Assembly: GCA_964624825.1 (NCBI GenBank)
Contig: CAZUYD010000018.1
Span: 3,593 to 27,592, forward strand
DNA from: an uncultured Enorma sp.
GTDB taxonomy: Bacteria > Actinomycetota > Coriobacteriia > Coriobacteriales > Coriobacteriaceae
Direction of reading: 5' to 3'
Length of the DNA: 24,000 nucleotides
In this document: piece after piece, positions 22,785 to 24,000 of the stretch
Layout: every line of letters starts with the position of its first letter
Numbering within the stretch: position 1 is the first letter of the stretch
Made by a program: the position numbers and the translations under genes
Notes under the pieces: model-generated
The model's database searches: none
Told to the model about the DNA's origin: nothing
What the model saw: the letters and a program-made list of their open reading frames with translations, nothing else

Positions 22785-24000
22785 ATGACACTCGTATCGA
22801 AGACCTTTGAGCTCTATGGCAAGACCTACACCCTGGAATCGGGGGAGCTTGCCAAGCAGGCAACCGGAGCGACCTTGGTAAAGCAGGGCGATACCACCGC
22901 GCTTGTGACCGTTGTGGTGTCCAAGGAGCGCAAGAACTACGATTTCTTTCCACTGACCGTTGATTTCAACGAGAAGCTCTATGCGGCAGGCCGCATTCCG
23001 GGCGGATACCTCAAGCGCGAGGGCCGTCCGACCGAGAAGGCCACGTTGACGGCGCGCATGATCGACCGTCCCATCCGCCCAAGCTTCCCGGAAGGCTTCC
23101 GCAACGAGGTTCAGGTCGTCGCCACCTCGCTTGTGGCCGATCAGGTGAACCCCGTTGATGTCATCTGCACCATGGGCGCCTCGCTCGCCCTTACGCTCGG
23201 CGGCGTGCCGTTCGAAGGCCCGCTCGCATGCGTGCGCGTCGGCCGCAACAAGGAGACCGGCGAGTTCATCGTGAACCCCACCTATGAGGAGCGCGAGAAC
23301 TCCGACCTCGACCTCGAGCTTGCAGGCACCCGCGATTTCATCTCGATGGTGGAAGCCGGCGCGGACGAAGTCACCGAGGATGACATGCTTGCCGCCATGC
23401 AGTTTGGCCAAGAAGCCATCGGTGTCTTCTGCGACGCCCAGCTTGAGTTCGTCGAGGAGTGGGAGCGCGTCAACGGCGCCATCGTGCCCAAGGAGTATCC
23501 GCTCGACGAGCCGGTGCCCGAGGTGCACGACCGCGTCTTCGCCCACTATGATGAGATGTATGCGGCGCTTGCAGACGCCGACAAGCAGAGCCGCATCGCG
23601 AAGGTCGACGAGCTGAAGGCGGCTATCGCTGCCGAGTTCACCGAGGAAGAGCAGCTCATGTGGGAGCGCGAGATTCCGGTGAATCTGAAGAAGCTCGAGA
23701 AGCAGGCTATGCGCACCATGGTTGTCGAGACCGGCGAGCGCGTCGACGGGCGCGGCGCTACCGAGATCCGTCCCATTATGGTGAAGGGTGACTACCTACC
23801 GCTCGTACATGGATCCGGCCTGTTCCAGCGCGGTCAGACGCAGGTGCTTTCGGTGCTCTCGCTCGGCATGCTCAACGAGGCGCAGCGTCTCGATACGATC
23901 GAGCCCGTCGAAGGCAAGCGTTACATGCACCAGTACAACTTCCCGCCGTTCTGCACGGGCGAGACCGGCCGCATCGGTTCGCCGAAGCGCCGCGAGATCG
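22785..24000 (+). CDS. pnp: Polyribonucleotide nucleotidyltransferase (PNPase), N-terminal 405 codons; continues beyond the right edge
   Basis: The ATG at 22785 follows AAAGGAGAA. The translation is MTLVSKTFELYGKTYTLESGELAKQATGATLVKQGDTTALVTVV...FFPLTVDFNEKLYAAGRIPGGYLKREGRPTEKATLTARMIDRPIRP...YNFPPFCTGETGRIGSPKRREI, which is canonical PNPase with RNase PH domains. It is missing from the ORF track because it has no stop in the window. Confidence 0.95.
   Translation, partial: MTLVSKTFELYGKTYTLESGELAKQATGATLVKQGDTTALVTVVVSKERKNYDFFPLTVDFNEKLYAAGRIPGGYLKREGRPTEKATLTARMIDRPIRPSFPEGFRNEVQVVATSLVADQVNPVDVICTMGASLALTLGGVPFEGPLACVRVGRNKETGEFIVNPTYEERENSDLDLELAGTRDFISMVEAGADEVTEDDMLAAMQFGQEAIGVFCDAQLEFVEEWERVNGAIVPKEYPLDEPVPEVHDRVFAHYDEMYAALADADKQSRIAKVDELKAAIAAEFTEEEQLMWEREIPVNLKKLEKQAMRTMVVETGERVDGRGATEIRPIMVKGDYLPLVHGSGLFQRGQTQVLSVLSLGMLNEAQRLDTIEPVEGKRYMHQYNFPPFCTGETGRIGSPKRREI

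Noticed and set aside
22719-23546. 275-aa ORF on the minus strand
   Set aside because: It is antisense to pnp, whose plus-strand translation is canonical PNPase. The pnp ORF is missing from the track only because it has no stop in the window.

Overview
High-GC (by eye about 60-65%) Gram-positive-type chromosome. The gene order and anaerobe-specific genes suggest an anaerobic actinobacterium such as a Coriobacteriia member; this is an inference and has not been searched. There are three blocks. (1) 1-8538 is a divergently transcribed glycyl radical enzyme (GRE) catabolic locus. The minus strand carries a DASS-type anion symporter, a SucD/AdhE-N-type CoA-acylating aldehyde dehydrogenase and a SucC-like ATP-grasp ligase that runs off the left edge. 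The plus strand carries a GRE activase, an 838-aa GRE of the 1,2-eliminase type (GCVE Cys loop, RVAGYSAYF glycyl motif) and an iron-type alcohol dehydrogenase. I cannot match this gene combination to any characterised GRE pathway, so it is the best candidate for an undescribed system; the context suggests an anionic substrate. (2) 8718-16876 is a conserved housekeeping run: an unusual C-terminally membrane-anchored DnaJ paralog, then canonical dnaJ, mtaB, phoH, ybeY, dgkA, era, recO and rpsO. (3) The normally adjacent rpsO and pnp genes are separated by about 5.9 kb. This segment carries a low-molecular-weight tyrosine phosphatase, an MtlA-type PTS EIICBA, a truncated 1-phosphofructokinase remnant, a SorE-type zinc sugar-phosphate dehydrogenase and a DeoR regulator. 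It also contains an AT-rich divergent control region with perfect 14-nt repeats. pnp begins at 22785 and runs off the right edge. I found no tRNA, rRNA, CRISPR array, transposase or integrase. Many long ORFs in the six-frame track are antisense or alternate-frame artefacts of the high GC content.
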